Shown: positions 20,140-30,166, numbered from the stretch's first letter. The stretch: 64,000 nucleotides of DNA from Spirochaetia bacterium (GCA_034520965.1 JAXHMY010000009.1:192001-256000); one strand, 5' to 3'. Numbers and translations: made by a program. The notes: generated by a model not told the origin, from the sequence alone.

Positions 20140-21420
20140 AGTTAATGGTTCAAACCATGGGGGATGCGATTTTTCACACGCCCCCTGCGAGTATAGGCGA
20201 TTACATCCATATATATTTGGGCCAGTACATCCCGTCGAACTTATCCAGGGTTCCGGTCATCCGTGCCCACACCATCAACTGCGACCAGTTGAGCTTTACA
20301 TGCGTGTAGAACTTGCGCATGGTAAAGATGCCCCGCAGGCCTCTCGCGATTTTACCCCGGGGCACACCGGCCACCTCGGCATGGGAGAAGTTCTGTAGAA
20401 AAGGCTGGCCAATTCGAAAGGGCTTAAAATAGTTTTGATACAGCTGGTAGACGGCCATGCGCTCAAGACAGTTATTCACATTCTCGGAGAAACGCACCGT
20501 CTCGCGCACATGATTTGCATTATCCTTCCTGAATTGCCTATCCAGGTAATTTACCGAAAAAAGTGGATTGTCAATGGTTCGTTCGAAATGGGAAGAGATT
20601 CTCACATGCTCAAACCTCCCCTCACTTTTTAGGCTCTGCAGCACATCCGAGCCCATGACCAACCTTTGATACTCGAGCTTCTCATCGCTGTAGAGGCAGG
20701 TAAACCGCCGCTTCTGTGCATATTGCTCGACCAGATCGACAATCTGCAGGAAGGACTGACTGATAGAGATCCTCTTGCGGATGTAGTGCCTCTCCCGCTG
20801 GTCACGCTCGTCCTTCTGCAGCTCGGTCATCTTGCCTTTGCGCCGCAAATGGGCATAGTCGAAGGTGATAAAGAACTGTGAACTCTTGCCGGCCAGGATG
20901 TGAATGTTATTCGGCTGGAACTGATCGCTGACAAAGCTCTCGAAGCCGTCGGTGACCAGATCCTCGCAGGGAACGTAGTCCTGCAGGACATCCGCCTGCA
21001 GCGCAATGGCCTGTCGGGCGAGGCGGCCCAGGCGGTTGATGATCGCCTGGTGGCTGACCTCCATTATGCGGGCGGTTTTGCGCACTCCCCCGCAGTTGGT
21101 CATATGATCGAAAATCACCTGATAGTCGAGCTTTCTCTTTACATAATAATCGAGGCGGAAGGTTTGCTCGCTGAAAGCCTCCTCCGCATCCGAGGCATTT
21201 GAAGCGGGTGACCGTCCCATGGGCCAGGGTCTCGTAGCTGCCATTGATGTGGTACCAGCGCCCATGGTCAGGGGGATGAGTGTGATATTCACATTCGGGA
21301 TGGGGACAAAATGGGGGATAAGCATTGGCAGGCCTCCTCTAAAATAAAGTGTGGGTACACTCTAATAGAGGGGGTAAGTCGCATCCCTGCTTCAATTCCC
21401 CATGGTTTGAACCATTAATT
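20140..21420. mobile_element. Complete insertion sequence, IS1-like (1281 bp)
   Basis: Terminal inverted repeats 20140-20162 and 21398-21420 match 22/23; direct repeat TAAAGATT at 20132-20139 and 21421-21428; single transposase-like ORF inside. Confidence 0.88.
20201..21325 (-). CDS. IS1-like DDE transposase (Zn ribbon-HTH-DDE); N-terminus garbled by a compensating indel pair
   Basis: HTH 'GVRKTARIMEVSHQAIINRL'; acidic motifs 'TDGFESF', 'LYSDEK', 'NYLDRQFRKD'. The alternative frame gives 'FCPHPEC...RFKCLGC'. Confidence 0.8.
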   Translation of the reverse strand: MLIPHFVPIPNVNITLIPLTMGAGTTSMAATRPWPMGRSPASNASDAEEAFSEQTFRLDYYVKRKLDYQVIFDHMTNCGGVRKTARIMEVSHQAIINRLGRLARQAIALQADVLQDYVPCEDLVTDGFESFVSDQFQPNNIHILAGKSSQFFITFDYAHLRRKGKMTELQKDERDQRERHYIRKRISISQSFLQIVDLVEQYAQKRRFTCLYSDEKLEYQRLVMGSDVLQSLKSEGRFEHVRISSHFERTIDNPLFSVNYLDRQFRKDNANHVRETVRFSENVNNCLERMAVYQLYQNYFKPFRIGQPFLQNFSHAEVAGVPRGKIARGLRGIFTMRKFYTHVKLNWSQLMVWARMTGTLDKFDGMYWPKYIWM

Positions 21421-21426
21421 TAAAGA

Positions 21427-23184
21427 TTAGGCGGGGAACTTTAGCGTTATATGGAAGCCCGGCGGTTCTTTCAGCTCCAGGATTCCTCCTATTTGTTCTA
21501 CGAGGTTCTGCACCAGGGTAAGCCCGAGCCCCTCTTCCGCATCAATTTGATCGTCCTTGCTGTGCCCGGAAAGTCCGGGCCCGTTGTCCTGCACCTGCAG
21601 GGTAACTGTACCGGCCTCTTGCAGGCCGTGTACGCTGAACCGGATTGGCTCCCCCTCCGGGGGCTGGGCATATTTGGAGCTGTTGGTAAACAGCTCCGTG
21701 AGTATGAGCCCAACTGGAATGAGGGTATTCGTACTCAGTACCACATGTTCACCTATATCAACGTGCGTGTGAACTTCAGTTGCACCGGCGGTGCTTTCAA
21801 GGGTAAGCAGTAAATCGCGAATATACTCGTGGAGCGACACATTCTGGAAGTCGGTACTGCGGTACAGTTTTTCATGGACCATTGAAATTGAGAGGATCTT
21901 GCCGCGTAGCTGTTCCAACATTTCCTGAATGGGCGGCTCTTCGGTGCGGTAGCTTTGCAGGTTAATCAAGCTGCTTATCAGGGAGAGGTTATTTTTGATG
22001 CGGTGATGAATCTCTTTCAGCAGGGTGTCTTTCTGCTGGTTTAAGGCGGCTAATTCTTCCTGCGCCCTCTGTTTGGCCTCCAGTTCGGCATTGAGCTGCT
22101 CGTAGAGTTCGCTGCGGGCAAAGGCGATTGCCGCTGCGTGGGCAAAGGGCAGGAGTTTCTCCGCAGTCTCCCGGCTGTAGGCGCCCGGATCCTGGTGCTC
22201 TATGCTGAGCAGCCCGTATACTTTGTCCTGAGTGAAGATCGGCAGCAGCAGAAACGAGTGAATATAGCTGGTTTCAGAGTAGGTAAACCAGCGAGGGTCG
22301 GTTTTAGTGTTCTGTACAACTACCGGCCGCCTGGTCTGGACGGCCTCTCTCTGAAGGGGAAAGTTGTCAATCGGCATTTTCAGGTTGGAGATAAATTCAC
22401 CGATCCCGCGCTCTTCATACCCTCGACTGCGTACAATAGAGGCTGTATCGCCCTGCAGCAGCCTGATGTTGCCCGAGCTGTATTCCACCAGGCGCTGCAC
22501 TTGTTCCAGAATAGTATCCAGCAGAGGGTCGCGTTTTATCCGGCTGGTGAGGGCAATGGTAATCTCCTGCATTATTTCTGCGTACAGCTGTCTCTGCTGG
22601 ATCTCATCCAGCAGTTTAGCCTGGTGCTGCTCCCTATGAATACGATCGGTGATATCCATCATACTCACCAGTACATGACCGGAGGTCTCTCCCTCATTGA
22701 TGATACTGATGGTAACCAATAGGTGAATCAGCCGGTCATCTAAGGTTCGGTTGATCGTCTCGCCCTCGAAAAACCGTTCACCCTTCCATAGGGCAAGCAG
22801 TTCTCTATGCAGGAAGGGCAGTGTATGGGGGGTAATAACCTTTTTAATCGAACCAATCAGCTCCTCTTTGCTATCCGCCTCGAACATCGAAACGGTAGCC
22901 GGGTTTACATCGTGTACCCTTGCACGGCCAATAATATCAAACACACGGTTGGGGTTCGCCGTGAGATAGGCGTCCAGTTCTTCCACCGAGGAGACCTCCA
23001 GTTGATCCAGGGCGGCCATTACTTCCGTGAAGTCTTCCTCCCAGATGGCGACCTTGGAGTGGGAAAACATGGAGTGATAATGGGCTCTGCTGAGGCGCAG
23101 CTGCCGATTCTCTTCTTCAAGACGTTGAATCATAATGGCCTCATCGGTTTCTTTGTGGTTATGGTTGTGCTTCGGGAAGTCCAT
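21427..23184 (-). CDS. PAS-GAF sensor histidine kinase (HisKA_2 type)
   Basis: 'EIHHRIKNNL' H-box, 'ELFTNSSKYA' N-box, 'VQDNGPG', 'GLGLTLV'; upstream PAS and GAF regions. Confidence 0.92.
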   Translation of the reverse strand: MDFPKHNHNHKETDEAIMIQRLEEENRQLRLSRAHYHSMFSHSKVAIWEEDFTEVMAALDQLEVSSVEELDAYLTANPNRVFDIIGRARVHDVNPATVSMFEADSKEELIGSIKKVITPHTLPFLHRELLALWKGERFFEGETINRTLDDRLIHLLVTISIINEGETSGHVLVSMMDITDRIHREQHQAKLLDEIQQRQLYAEIMQEITIALTSRIKRDPLLDTILEQVQRLVEYSSGNIRLLQGDTASIVRSRGYEERGIGEFISNLKMPIDNFPLQREAVQTRRPVVVQNTKTDPRWFTYSETSYIHSFLLLPIFTQDKVYGLLSIEHQDPGAYSRETAEKLLPFAHAAAIAFARSELYEQLNAELEAKQRAQEELAALNQQKDTLLKEIHHRIKNNLSLISSLINLQSYRTEEPPIQEMLEQLRGKILSISMVHEKLYRSTDFQNVSLHEYIRDLLLTLESTAGATEVHTHVDIGEHVVLSTNTLIPVGLILTELFTNSSKYAQPPEGEPIRFSVHGLQEAGTVTLQVQDNGPGLSGHSKDDQIDAEEGLGLTLVQNLVEQIGGILELKEPPGFHITLKFPA

Positions 23185-23274
23185 AAATGTGCCTCAACTT
23201 TCTTTACATGACTATACCATATACTAGGGTAGAGAACAATTGTAAGATTTCTCCATTTATGCAAAAATCTGCCT

Positions 23275-23769
23275 ATGATAGTAGATATTCTTGTAGCGGT
23301 ACTAGGTTCTGCGATAGTTATGGCGGGATTGATCGGCTGTATTGTTCCGGTTATTCCCGGGCCACCGGTTGCCTATTTAGCCCTGTTATTGGTCTCATGG
23401 GCGGGGGGATGGAACGTGTACGCCCTATGGGTGCTGATTGTAATGGCGGCCGCCGCCGTAGGGGCTGCGGTGCTCGATTCTATTCTGCCGATTGTCACCA
23501 GCCGCCGTTCGGGGGCCGGGAAGGCGGGAATTTGGGGCAGCGTGCTCGGGATGCTGGTCGGTACCGTTTTTTTCCCTCCCTTCGGTACGGTGATCGGGGC
23601 TTTTCTTGGAGCCCTGGCAGGTGAGCTGCTGGTGATGCGTAAGGGGGGCAACCCGATGAAAGCGGCCCTGGGGGTTTTCACCGGTACAATGCTGGCCGCT
23701 GTGGTGAAGCTGTCGGTGAGCGGAGTAGCTGCAGTTTTGTTTGTCCGCGGGCTTATACAGCTTTTCTAA
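23275..23769 (+). CDS. DUF456 family membrane protein
   Basis: 'GLIGCIVPVIPGPP', 'GIWGSVLGMLVG', 'GAFLGALAGEL'. Confidence 0.85.
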   Translation: MIVDILVAVLGSAIVMAGLIGCIVPVIPGPPVAYLALLLVSWAGGWNVYALWVLIVMAAAAVGAAVLDSILPIVTSRRSGAGKAGIWGSVLGMLVGTVFFPPFGTVIGAFLGALAGELLVMRKGGNPMKAALGVFTGTMLAAVVKLSVSGVAAVLFVRGLIQLF

Positions 23770-24292
23770 GCAGGTAAAGGGAAATAGTGTTGGCCGCAAA
23801 ATGCAGCAGTACCGCCGAGTAAATATCTCCGCCTAGAATCCGCAGGTAGCCTAGGGCCGCCCCCATAACCAGGGCATAGAGCGGCCAGATAAGCATATTC
23901 TTCTGTGGTGGAAAGTGGCTTGCCGCGAACAGGAGGGTGGCTCCGAGATATCCGATGGCAGGTTGAAGAGCTCCGCGGAAAAAGAGCTCTTCTCCATAGG
24001 CGCTCAGTAAAGCTAACAACAGAATCGATGAGGTCCGCAGCGGCCCGAGGGTGCTGTGCAGAGTATTCCAGAAGCGGGCTATAGCCGGCACTTTACGGGG
24101 GCCCAGTATATCGAAGAGGCTGTGCAACAGGAGTACCAGCAGCACGAGGGCAATTTCATAAGCGAGGTGGTCTCTCCGGGGGCTGAAATTCAGCAGCCAC
24201 TCTCCACGGGCAAAATAGGCCCAGCCTATTCCGATTCCCCCCAGAAGGCCATAGAAAAGAACCGCCATAAGAACAAATTTTTTCTCCTGCAC
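23753..24292 (-). CDS. CPBP (CAAX protease-like) intramembrane glutamic peptidase
   Basis: 'GEELFFRGALQ', 'LFAASH', 'AVLLHFAAN'; GTG start after AGGAG. Confidence 0.9.
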   Translation of the reverse strand: MQEKKFVLMAVLFYGLLGGIGIGWAYFARGEWLLNFSPRRDHLAYEIALVLLVLLLHSLFDILGPRKVPAIARFWNTLHSTLGPLRTSSILLLALLSAYGEELFFRGALQPAIGYLGATLLFAASHFPPQKNMLIWPLYALVMGAALGYLRILGGDIYSAVLLHFAANTISLYLLRKAV

Positions 24293-24421
24293 ACAGGGCT
24301 CCTATAATTACTGCTGTAAAAGTGTATCCGTAAAAAGAGCGGCCTGCAAGCCTATGGTCAAACAAGAGCTTGCAGGGCACCTGTGCTATGGATGGGTATT
24401 GGTTGCAAGGTTTCGGCTGGC

Positions 24422-25966
24422 TCAGCCACGGGTAAACTTTTTACCCGTGGCCAGCTCGACGCATTTATAGGCGCCGTCGTAGGTGCCTATTTTCTTATTT
24501 TTAATAATCTGCTCGCAGTACATCTCCAGCAGGTCATCCTCATTGGCCATCAGGTCGATCGCCTGCAGGCTGTGCTCGATGGTTCTGGTTTCAATGGTGC
24601 CGTCGCCGATTTCGGCGCCCCGCACTGCGCCCCACATTTCATGGCCGCCGACCCGTTTGTTAAAAATTTTCGGGATCGGGTAGAAGGCAAGTTCACTTGG
24701 CTTGGTAATCATTACATCTGTCACCCGCATAAGGTAGTTGGTGGCATACACAGCATGAAAAATATTGTCGTGGAGAAACACGTGGAGGCCGTGGACGGGA
24801 TTCTCTCGAATCGAATCGGTAAACTCACGGGTATCCTCCCAATCGAAATGGCTGTGCAGCTGTTCGGTGCGGCCCCCCAGCTGCTCCTGCAGCCACTCCC
24901 AGTTATCCCTGTGGTCGCCCAGGTTCACAAACAGACTCAGCTTATCCTCGCGGATAAGGGGCAGGCAGTGTTCGATAACCGCTTTGAACAGCTCGCGCTG
25001 AGCTCCGGCGCCGCCCATGGTTATCATGAAGCGGCGGGGTTCTCCGCTATGTACCCGGCGCAGGCGGGCCGCGCAGTCCGCCTCGATATTCTCTACCAGT
25101 TCATGGTCCACGTGGTGGCCGGTGTAGTGGATCGCATCCGAGGGCAGCGGCTTGAGCACCTTGCCCGACTCATCAAAGCCGCGCATGCTGCGGAAGCCGT
25201 AGTAGCCGGAGGGGGACTGTACCCCGTGTTTAGCCCCTTCGGTCAGCTGAAAGGCCATCGGCCAGTTGTCGAACATCATATCCACTACATTCGTCATTCC
25301 ACCGGCCACCGCTCCCATGGAGTTCCACATATGGGCGGTCAGAATAGGCATCTCCTGGGGTAAGGCCTGGTGGAGGTTTCCGAAGAGTTCGCTCATTTTG
25401 TAGTCTTTCACATTTGTTTTCAGAAAACGCCAAGGCCAGCCTACAATCCAGGAATTCAACAGCCAGGAAAGGAGAGGCAGAGTGGGCTCTCCGGTAGTCA
25501 CCGGTTCCCAGATGTATTTTTCAAAAAGCGCGCTTTTCTGGGATATCCTTGACCAGCGGCTGTACCAGCGATTGCACCAGTTGATTACATCGCTGGTGAT
25601 TCCGGGGATCGTGAGCAGATCTAACCAATAGGGGGTAAAACCCATCGCCCGGGCGGCGGAGGCTCCGGCCATGGCAATTCGATAATGTCCGAATCCCATG
25701 CGGATGGTACTGATAATTACCCCTGTCTCGGGATCAATCGGGGGTGGCGATCCTGCGGGACTGGACGTGCCTTCGGTTCGGACGATATTCTGCAGGTCGA
25801 AGATCGGCCCTAGATAGGGATTCTCCTGCAGTGTGAGGGAGTAGGTCTCCTGCGGGTCGTAGTTGAACTTCTTGATAAACATGCGCTGCCATTTTTCGGC
25901 AGCCCGGCTGTGGCTTTTTTTAATCGGGTTGTCATACACGTAGTAACGTCCGTCTCTCTTCTGCAT
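24422..25966 (-). CDS. Uncharacterised protein, GT-B glycosyltransferase-like (MGDG synthase/UgtP-like motifs)
   Basis: 'MGFGHYRIA', 'ITMGGAGAQ', 'DVMITKPSELAFYPIP'; ATG 25966 after GGAG; last gene of the sugar ABC operon. Confidence 0.6.
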   Translation of the reverse strand: MQKRDGRYYVYDNPIKKSHSRAAEKWQRMFIKKFNYDPQETYSLTLQENPYLGPIFDLQNIVRTEGTSSPAGSPPPIDPETGVIISTIRMGFGHYRIAMAGASAARAMGFTPYWLDLLTIPGITSDVINWCNRWYSRWSRISQKSALFEKYIWEPVTTGEPTLPLLSWLLNSWIVGWPWRFLKTNVKDYKMSELFGNLHQALPQEMPILTAHMWNSMGAVAGGMTNVVDMMFDNWPMAFQLTEGAKHGVQSPSGYYGFRSMRGFDESGKVLKPLPSDAIHYTGHHVDHELVENIEADCAARLRRVHSGEPRRFMITMGGAGAQRELFKAVIEHCLPLIREDKLSLFVNLGDHRDNWEWLQEQLGGRTEQLHSHFDWEDTREFTDSIRENPVHGLHVFLHDNIFHAVYATNYLMRVTDVMITKPSELAFYPIPKIFNKRVGGHEMWGAVRGAEIGDGTIETRTIEHSLQAIDLMANEDDLLEMYCEQIIKNKKIGTYDGAYKCVELATGKKFTRG

Positions 25967-25982
25967 TTTATTCTCCAAAATA

Positions 25983-26822
25983 TTATTTATTCGACCCGAG
26001 GGTAAGACCGGCAATAAAGTAGCGCTGCAGAAAGATAAATACGATCAGCGTTGGTATAGTTGCAAGCAGGGCCCCCGAGATAATGACCGTCCAATCCTGT
26101 ACGTACTGCCCCTGCAAAGTCGCCAGACCCGTGGTCACGGGCATCTTTTCCGACGAGCGGATAAGTACCAGCGGCCAGATGTAGTCGTTAAAAATCCAGG
26201 TAAACTCAAGCGTCGCAACAGCGGCAAAGGCCGGCAGGGTCAGGGGCAGCATGATCTTGCCCCATATACCAAATTCACTGCAGCCGTCGATCCGGGCCGA
26301 CTCCATTACCTGAACAGGAACGGTCATCATATAATTGCGCAGTACAAAAGTACAGAAACCGAGCTGAAAGGCGGTGTGAATAGCAATTAGGGCGAAATAG
26401 GTGTCATAGATTCCCAATGCGTCGGAGAGTTTGAACACCGGCAGCAGCAGAATTTGAAAGGGCAGCATAGTTCCGCCGACAAACATAAAATAGAAAAAGG
26501 TCCTGCCCTTAAACTTAAAGCGGGCCAGGGAATAGGCTCCCAGGGAAGAGAGGAACAGAGTAAGTACCAGAGAGGGCATGGTGATGATAAAACTGTTGGG
26601 CAGGTACTTATGCAGGCCACCCCGCTGCCAGGCTTCGAAGTAGCTTTTTAAGTCTATAGTTTTCGGCATAGCCAAAAATCCGTGGGACATAATTTCGGCG
26701 TTGGTGCGCATACTGGTGATGACGGCGATAAAAATGGGAACCAGCCAGATCAGGGTGACGGCCACCAGAAACAAGTACAGAATTATTTTTACCGCCAGAG
26801 GAACATTGTTTCGTTTAGGCAT
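25983..26822 (-). CDS. Carbohydrate ABC transporter permease (MalG-like)
   Basis: EAA motif 'ESARIDGCS', 'WIFNDYIWPL'. Confidence 0.93.
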   Translation of the reverse strand: MPKRNNVPLAVKIILYLFLVAVTLIWLVPIFIAVITSMRTNAEIMSHGFLAMPKTIDLKSYFEAWQRGGLHKYLPNSFIITMPSLVLTLFLSSLGAYSLARFKFKGRTFFYFMFVGGTMLPFQILLLPVFKLSDALGIYDTYFALIAIHTAFQLGFCTFVLRNYMMTVPVQVMESARIDGCSEFGIWGKIMLPLTLPAFAAVATLEFTWIFNDYIWPLVLIRSSEKMPVTTGLATLQGQYVQDWTVIISGALLATIPTLIVFIFLQRYFIAGLTLGSNK

Positions 26823-27699
26823 TTGTTTCCTCCCGCGCTATTCTGGTGAGGTAGAACATGATAAACATCAAGCTGATGATAAAGATGATAACGGCAATCG
26901 CGGCGCCGTAGCCCATTCGGTAGTTGTTGAAGGCCTCAATGTACATAAAGTTTGCCAGTACGCTGGATTGATTGTAGGGTCCGCCGCGGGTCATTACCGA
27001 AACCAGGTCAAAGGCACGCAGGGAGTCGATGATGCTGATAACTATTACAATTACAGTGACCGGGGCCAGCTGCGGCATGAATACGTTGAAAAAGCGCTGT
27101 ATGGCGCTGGCGCCGTCAACTTCCGCGGCATCCAAGAGGTTTTGATCGACACTCTGGAGACCGGCCAGGTAGAGTACCATCACGTAGCCCACTTGACGCC
27201 AGATGGCAACGGCTATAACCGCCTCCATAACGACCTTCGGATTGCTGAGCCAGCCTGTCGCTAAGGCTCCAAGGCCGATTCTTCGCAATACCTCGTTAAT
27301 GAGGCCGCTGTGGGGGCTGTATAGCCAGGACCATACCAGGCCGCAGACCACCAGGGACAGGACCATCGGCAGAAAGAAGCTGGCCTTAAAGGTTTTGGCT
27401 CCGGGAATGTCCCTGTTTAGAACCATCGCCAGCGTAAGTCCAAGTGCGATGGGAATAGTCATAAACAGGATAATCCACTCGATATTATTGAACAGGCTGA
27501 TGAAGAAAACTTCATCTTGAAAAAGTATCCGGTAATTTTTAGTGCCGATAAACTCCGGTGCAGTTAAACCGTCCCACTTGGTAAAGCTGAGATAAAAGCT
27601 GTACAGCATCGGCCCGATAATCCAGATTAAATAGATAGTGACCGGAATACCGAGGAAGGCATAGGGGATCAGTTTATAACGGGTTTTCGCATTCAGCAT
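26815..27699 (-). CDS. Carbohydrate ABC transporter permease (MalF-like)
   Basis: 'YLAGLQSV', 'DAAEVDGAS', 'TRGGP', 'MGYGAAIAV'. Confidence 0.93.
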   Translation of the reverse strand: MLNAKTRYKLIPYAFLGIPVTIYLIWIIGPMLYSFYLSFTKWDGLTAPEFIGTKNYRILFQDEVFFISLFNNIEWIILFMTIPIALGLTLAMVLNRDIPGAKTFKASFFLPMVLSLVVCGLVWSWLYSPHSGLINEVLRRIGLGALATGWLSNPKVVMEAVIAVAIWRQVGYVMVLYLAGLQSVDQNLLDAAEVDGASAIQRFFNVFMPQLAPVTVIVIVISIIDSLRAFDLVSVMTRGGPYNQSSVLANFMYIEAFNNYRMGYGAAIAVIIFIISLMFIMFYLTRIAREETNA

Positions 27700-27724
27700 G
27701 CGATACCTCCTTTAGGTATGAAAA

Positions 27725-27747
27725 GCCGGCGGCAAGGTGCCGCCGGC
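27725..27747. other. GC-rich intercistronic hairpin after the sugar-binding-protein gene
   Basis: gccggcggca-agg-tgccgccggc, perfect 10-bp stem. Confidence 0.7.
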
Positions 27748-27770
27748 GCTTGTGCGTAATAAATTGTGAG

Positions 27771-29061
27771 TTACTCTTCGAAGAGTTGTTGCCTGGATTT
27801 TTCCAGCTTGTCGAGTAATCTCTTCAGCCTGGTCGGTGTTCTGCCAGAACTCCATAAAACCGTTCATGCCTTTGTCGGCCATTTCGGGGGTAGTATCTCG
27901 ATCGTAGAACTGAGCCACATAGTCGGCGGCGTTTACTATCTCTCGGCCCTTCAACTGGTTTTCATTATACACCGAGGTATCAACCTTGTTGTTGGTTACC
28001 AGTCGTCCCAGCTCTTTGGCCACATACTCTTGAACTTCCTTAGAACCGAAGAATTTGAGCAGTTTCTTTGCCATCTCCGGATTCTGGCTGTTTTTGGGAA
28101 TGAAGTAGCCGTCGGTGGGAGCATCTTCGCCAACCGGTACGTTCGGGTCAATGATGGGGAAGCGGAAGAAGTCCAGGTACTCGAGGTCTTCTTCGGGGTA
28201 GGAGTCACGGATAAAATCGCCCATCAGGTACATGGCCGCATCGCCGTTGGTCATAAAGGGTATCGCTTCGGCCCAGGCGTAGGATGCCGGACTTTCAATA
28301 AAGTAGCCCTTATCGATCATCGGTCCCCAGTAGTCGTTGAATACCTTCAAGACGCGCGGGTCGTCGTAGCTCTCTTTACCCAACATCAGGTTAATGTGGA
28401 ACTCAGGGCCGTTGACACGCATGTTCAAGTAATCGAACCATGCGGCGGCGGTCCAGCGGTATTTGGTACCCACGGTAAAGGGGGTAACGCCGTTGTCTTT
28501 GAGTTTTTCACATACCGCCATCAGCTCGTCCCAGGTTTCGGGAATTTCGATGTCGTATTCATCAAACACACGGGTGTCGTAGTACACTGCCCACCAGTAC
28601 CAGTTACCAGGAAGGAAGTACTGTTTGTCGTCCACCGAACTCATGGCCCGGAAGCCCTTGGAATAGCTGTCGTTCCAGCCGGCTTCTTCCCATACGTCGC
28701 TGATGTCCATAATCAGGTCCTTATCAATGAAGAAGCGGGCGCGGTTACCGGCAAACCAGGTCAATACATCGGGGGGTGCCGAGGAAGTAAGGTATGCGCG
28801 GATAGCCTGTTTGAAATCTTCGTGGGCAACGGTACTGTGAATAACCTTTGCGTTTGGATTCTGTTCATTGAACATCTCCATCAGCTCAGCTTCAACCCGT
28901 TTGGGTTCAGGGTCGCTCCAGTACGAGTTGTATACAACTACATCCTGCTCTGCAGCCTGGCCGCCTTCAGCAGTGCCTTCCTGCTGGCCCCCTGCAAATA
29001 GAGGTGCCATGCCGAGGACGAAAAGAGCGGCGAGAACACTAATAACAATCTTGTTTTTCAT
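27771..29061 (-). CDS. Sugar ABC transporter solute-binding protein; C-terminal frameshift at ~27815
   Basis: Signal 'LFAGGQQE', 'PPDVLTWFAG', 'AAMYLMGDF', 'EDAPTDG'. The alternative frame ends 'LDKLEKSRQQLFEE*' at 27771. Confidence 0.9.
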
Positions 29062-29206
29062 AAACAAAGATCCTCCTTTTACTTATTTCTTTTGGAAAGA
29101 AATTATACTAAAATTATGCGCCGGAGTGTGAATTCGGTCAATGATAAGATTTGAATGTAATTGTAGATATTTTAAGATGCCCGGTTTATACTGTGGGCGA
29201 TAGCTT

Positions 29207-30046
29207 ATGGGAAAATTCGCCTTTGCAGTTTTAACCGAAATGGAGCTGAAGCTCCCCTTTTACCTTTTGGGAGTGGGAATCGATTTTCATCAGGAAATGG
29301 ACCCGCATAACCGGCCCAAGGGCTTTCCTCATTACCAGTGGATTCAGTGCGAAGAGGGCGAGGGGGTCCTGCACCTGGAGGGGCAGAAATATGTGATCGG
29401 GGCGGATCAGGCTATGTTTCTGTATCCGGGAGTCTCCCACCGCTATTATCCTGTAACCTCGCCATGGAAAGTGCACTGGTTTACCTTTGGCGGGAAGAAC
29501 CTGCCGCCGGTTCTGGATGCTGCCGGATTGAAACAGTCCGGCGTGTATTCGGTGGTGCACGCTGAGCAGCTGGTCAACAAGATGCGGGTTGCCTTTTCTC
29601 ATCTTCTATCCGATTCCAGCCTCAAGGGCCTGGAGTGCTCTTCTCTGGTGTATGATTTTCTCATTACGCTCATGAAATTCGCCCACAGTAGTGATGATGA
29701 GCCGGTGGTAACCAAGTATTCCCGCCTGAAACCGGTATTTGATTTCATTGATCAACACTATCGGGATATCATCACCATTGATGATCTCGCCGCTACCCTC
29801 GACGTAACTCCCCAGTATCTCTGCCATCTGTTCAAGGCAACTATGAACCACCGCCCCTTTGAGTATGTCAACTCTTTTCGCATTGCCCGCAGCAAGGACA
29901 TAATGGTGCAGCACCCGGAAATGAGTCTATCCGAGGTTGCCGTACAGTGCGGCTACGAATCACTGAGCTATTTCAGCAGTGTCTTTAGAAAAACAGAGGG
30001 ATTGAGTCCGGGGGAGTATAAAAAAATTCACCTTGGGCGGGTATAG
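29207..30046 (+). CDS. AraC family transcriptional regulator, divergent from the sugar operon
   Basis: Cupin N-terminus; 'VAVQCGYESLSYFSSVFRKTEGLSPGEYK'. Confidence 0.95.
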   Translation: MGKFAFAVLTEMELKLPFYLLGVGIDFHQEMDPHNRPKGFPHYQWIQCEEGEGVLHLEGQKYVIGADQAMFLYPGVSHRYYPVTSPWKVHWFTFGGKNLPPVLDAAGLKQSGVYSVVHAEQLVNKMRVAFSHLLSDSSLKGLECSSLVYDFLITLMKFAHSSDDEPVVTKYSRLKPVFDFIDQHYRDIITIDDLAATLDVTPQYLCHLFKATMNHRPFEYVNSFRIARSKDIMVQHPEMSLSEVAVQCGYESLSYFSSVFRKTEGLSPGEYKKIHLGRV

Positions 30047-30080
30047 CTGTTATACTAGTAAGAAAATTGTTGAAAACAAT

Positions 30081-30120
30081 TTTCATCGTTTCGGTTGCCG
30101 CGTAGCGGTATGCGAAACTA
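30081..30120. repeat. REP-like 40-bp dispersed element, copy 2
   Basis: 34/40 identical to 9575-9614. Confidence 0.7.
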
Positions 30121-30166
30121 ACAGCAGGCTTAGAAAAATGAGGAGAAAAATTATGAGGAGCAGGGA

